Below, one piece after another: positions 61,601-64,000 of a stretch of DNA of 64,000 nt; the stretch's first letter is position 1, and every line of letters begins with the position of its first letter. Origin of the DNA: Narcine bancroftii (lineage: Eukaryota); NCBI RefSeq assembly GCF_036971445.1, contig NC_091471.1, positions 163,866,001 through 163,930,000 of the forward strand. The letters run 5' to 3'. The notes under the pieces were generated by a model. It was not told where the DNA came from. It made no database searches and saw only the letters and a list, made by a program, of their open reading frames with translations. The translations under genes and the position numbers were made by a program.

Positions 61601-64000
61601 TAATGGAACTACCCCTCCCACACATGCTCAAGGCCCTCCGCAGGTGCCTTGGCCTTTTTGCTTATTACTCTCAGTGGGTTCCCCACTTCTAGGACAAGGT
61701 CCGTCCACTGGCCCAGGCCACCACCTTTCCTCTCCCATCTGAAGCGCAGGCAACCTTCACACGCATCAGGCAGGACATTGCGGATGCCACAATGCATGCC
61801 GTGGATGAGGACTCCCCCTTCCAGGTGGAGAGCATTGCCTCCAATGTGGCATTCTCTGCTACCCTTAACCAAAGGGGCACCCTGTCACCTTCTTCTCCAA
61901 AACCCTCCATGGTTCCGAGTTAGGGTGCTCTGCCATTGAAAAGGAGGCCCAGGCAATCATGGAAGTGTTCCGCCACTCGCACCACTACCTGGCCGGAAGG
62001 AGATTCATCCTTCTCACTGATCAACATGCAGTGGCATTCATGTTTAGTACCACCCACATAGGCAAGATCAAGAACCATAAGATCTTACACTGGAGAGTCG
62101 AGCTAGCAATGTACAGCTACAACATCCATTATCGACCGGGGAAGTTTAATGACTCAGCTGACACCCTGTCCCGCACCTGCACATTGCTCCACAATGACCA
62201 GCTGCATGCCCTGCATGAGTCCCTCTGCCACCTGGGCGTCACTCGCCCATATCATTTTATCAAGACCTGAAATCTCCCATACACCATCCAGAACATCAGG
62301 ACCATGACTGAGTCATGCCAGGTCTGCACAGAATGCAAGCCCACTTCTTTCGCTTGCCCCAGGCCCGTGTCATCAAGGCCACCTGGCCCTTCGAATGCCT
62401 CAGCATAGACTTCAAGGGTCCCCTGCCTTCCACAACTCAGAATGTCTATTTCCTCACGGTCATAGAAGAGTACTCCCATTTCCTCTTTGCTATCCCATGG
62501 CCAGACTCCTCCACGGCCATCATCATCAGTTTGCTGACGCAAATCTTCACCATGTTCAGCTACCTTGCGCTCATCCACAGTGACTGGGTGTCCAGCTTCA
62601 TGAGTGAGGAGCTGCACCAATACCTAACTACAAGGGGCATCACAAATAGTCACACAGCTAGTTACAACCCAAGGGGTAATGGGCAGGTGAAGCGCGAAAA
62701 TGGGGTCCTCCTGGCCCTTAAGTCTACGGGCTTATCAGTAGAGTACTGGCAGGACACCCTCCCCAAGGTGCTCCATGCCATCAGCTCCTGTGCATGGTTA
62801 CCAACGAGACCCCTCAAGAATGCCTGTTTTAGTTCCCCAGGAAATCGGCAAAAATCTCCCTCCCAGCATGGCTCACATCCCTGGGACCGGTGCTCCTGCG
62901 TTGACACGTGCGAGCACACAAGGTTGACCCCTGGTTGAGCAGGTATTCCTCCTACATGCCAACCACAACTACACCTATGTTAGGTACCCCAGCGGCAGTG
63001 AGTACACCATCTCAACCAGGGACCTGGCACCAGTAGGAGCACCCACCGCAGCACAACAGCCTCCATCACCCCAGGACCACACTGGCCCAATGCATTTCCC
63101 CTGCCCCAGACAGCTGTGGGGCACCCAGGACCATATTGGCCTGTCACACCTTCCCTACTCCAGGCACCCTGGACACACTCAAACTGTGGGGGACGACCCC
63201 GCTCCCCACCCATCCAACACCTGCTCCAACACTGACCACCCCACCACATTGCACCACATCTGCCACTCTGGCCCTTGCCCCAGCCCCACCGACTAGCCCC
63301 CTCTCACCTTTGCCAAACCTTGACCAGGAACCAACCCTGCAACGGTCACAGAGACTCCGATGGCCACCAGACCATCTAAATTTATAAATATGTACATATA
63401 CTTGGGGCTTTTGGAACACTGGATGTAACCTCCCCCTCATCCGGGGACAATTTTAACAATTTTAAAGAAGGGTGTGAATGTGTGATACACCACTAGCCTA
63501 CTGGAGGGGGTGATCTGTGTACCTGCAGGAAGAGCACTGGAGGACAAGGCAACACCTGGCTAGCTGTCAATCAGCCGACATGAATGGACCGAGCCCCACC
63601 TGGTTGGCTGCCAATCATTCACCGGGATGTAAGCCACATCCAGCCCCTCGAGGTCAGTCACACGGAGCCAGCACAGCTAACCAATGCTAACTACAGTAGG
63701 GACTTTAAGTGCAACCAGCCTGTTGATCATTCTTTGTCTTGTGTCTGCTTTCTGTACGACAGCGCACCACAACGATGGAATCATAATGTAAGACCTGAGA
63801 GCAGTAGTTCCAAGTTCACTGTAAAACATCTATGTCAACATCCTGCTCAGAGGGCACCCGGGGCAGAAGCAACCAAATGCAGGGCTAGAGACATAGTTTT
63901 TTGACCAGGGATGACCAAGAACATAGACCAGGCACTAAAAGCTTGCTCATTGTGCAGTAGCACCAGGCTGCACCAACAGGAAGAGCCCTTCCCCTGGTTA
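55633..64000 (+). mobile_element. Decayed Gypsy element (5' LTR ending 55909, PBS-Leu 55910-55922), interrupted at 58733-63771, runs off the window
   Basis: aaca|tggtgtcagaagt; gag PLVFEGNMAENW; protease KVDTGAKFN; RT RFLRMPFGINSASEIFQ, IIDDIL; RH CDVSQY, IEKELLAIVF. The integrase zinc-finger region resumes after 63772. LTR start is uncertain. Confidence 0.9.
58733..63771 (+). mobile_element. Structurally complete two-LTR Gypsy (LTRs 58733-59028 and 63479-63771), coding regions disrupted
   Basis: TG..CA LTRs about 91% identical by eye; PPT aaagaagggtgtgaa; PR CLFNSDSTESF; RT SPWRAQ, DAYPLPRI, DLKSAYHQ, YLDN; RH/IN HYLAGRRF..TDQ, HLGVTR, DFKGPLP, YNPRGNGQVKR. Confidence 0.95.

Noticed and set aside
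62960-63440. Pro/Thr-rich ORFs after integrase as an env-like or extra gene
   Set aside because: No signal peptide or TM segment; consistent with a low-complexity integrase C-terminal tail ending LQRSQRLRWPPDHLNL.

Overview
This is eukaryotic, AT-rich, transposon-saturated vertebrate DNA. The mix of CR1/HER1-type LINEs, tRNA-derived SINEs with CR1-like tails, Rex1, RTE, L1 and Gypsy elements points to a cartilaginous fish (shark or ray); this is inference. I see no intact protein-coding gene, and nearly all listed ORFs are decayed retroelement fragments or noise. Highlights: (1) a decayed fragment of a LINGO-family (LINGO3-like) LRR gene at about 18033-18396 (-), between a Tigger-like terminus and a Gypsy element; (2) a 15.8-kb nest of elements at 38955-54727, an L1 with a perfect 13-bp TSD inside a CR1, carrying two Gypsy elements, a solo LTR, a second L1, a hAT MITE and an RTE, most with readable TSDs; (3) a two-LTR Gypsy at 58733-63771 nested in another Gypsy, whose RT has YLDN instead of YxDD and which lacks a tRNA PBS; (4) relics of possible ribozyme-bearing retroelements (hammerhead-like cores, a structured RTE leader); (5) two candidate small host exons at 2410 and 6151. 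There is a 146-N assembly gap at 24458-24603. I found no convincing evidence of a wholly new biological system. Family names come from motif recognition by eye, and boundaries without a TSD are approximate.
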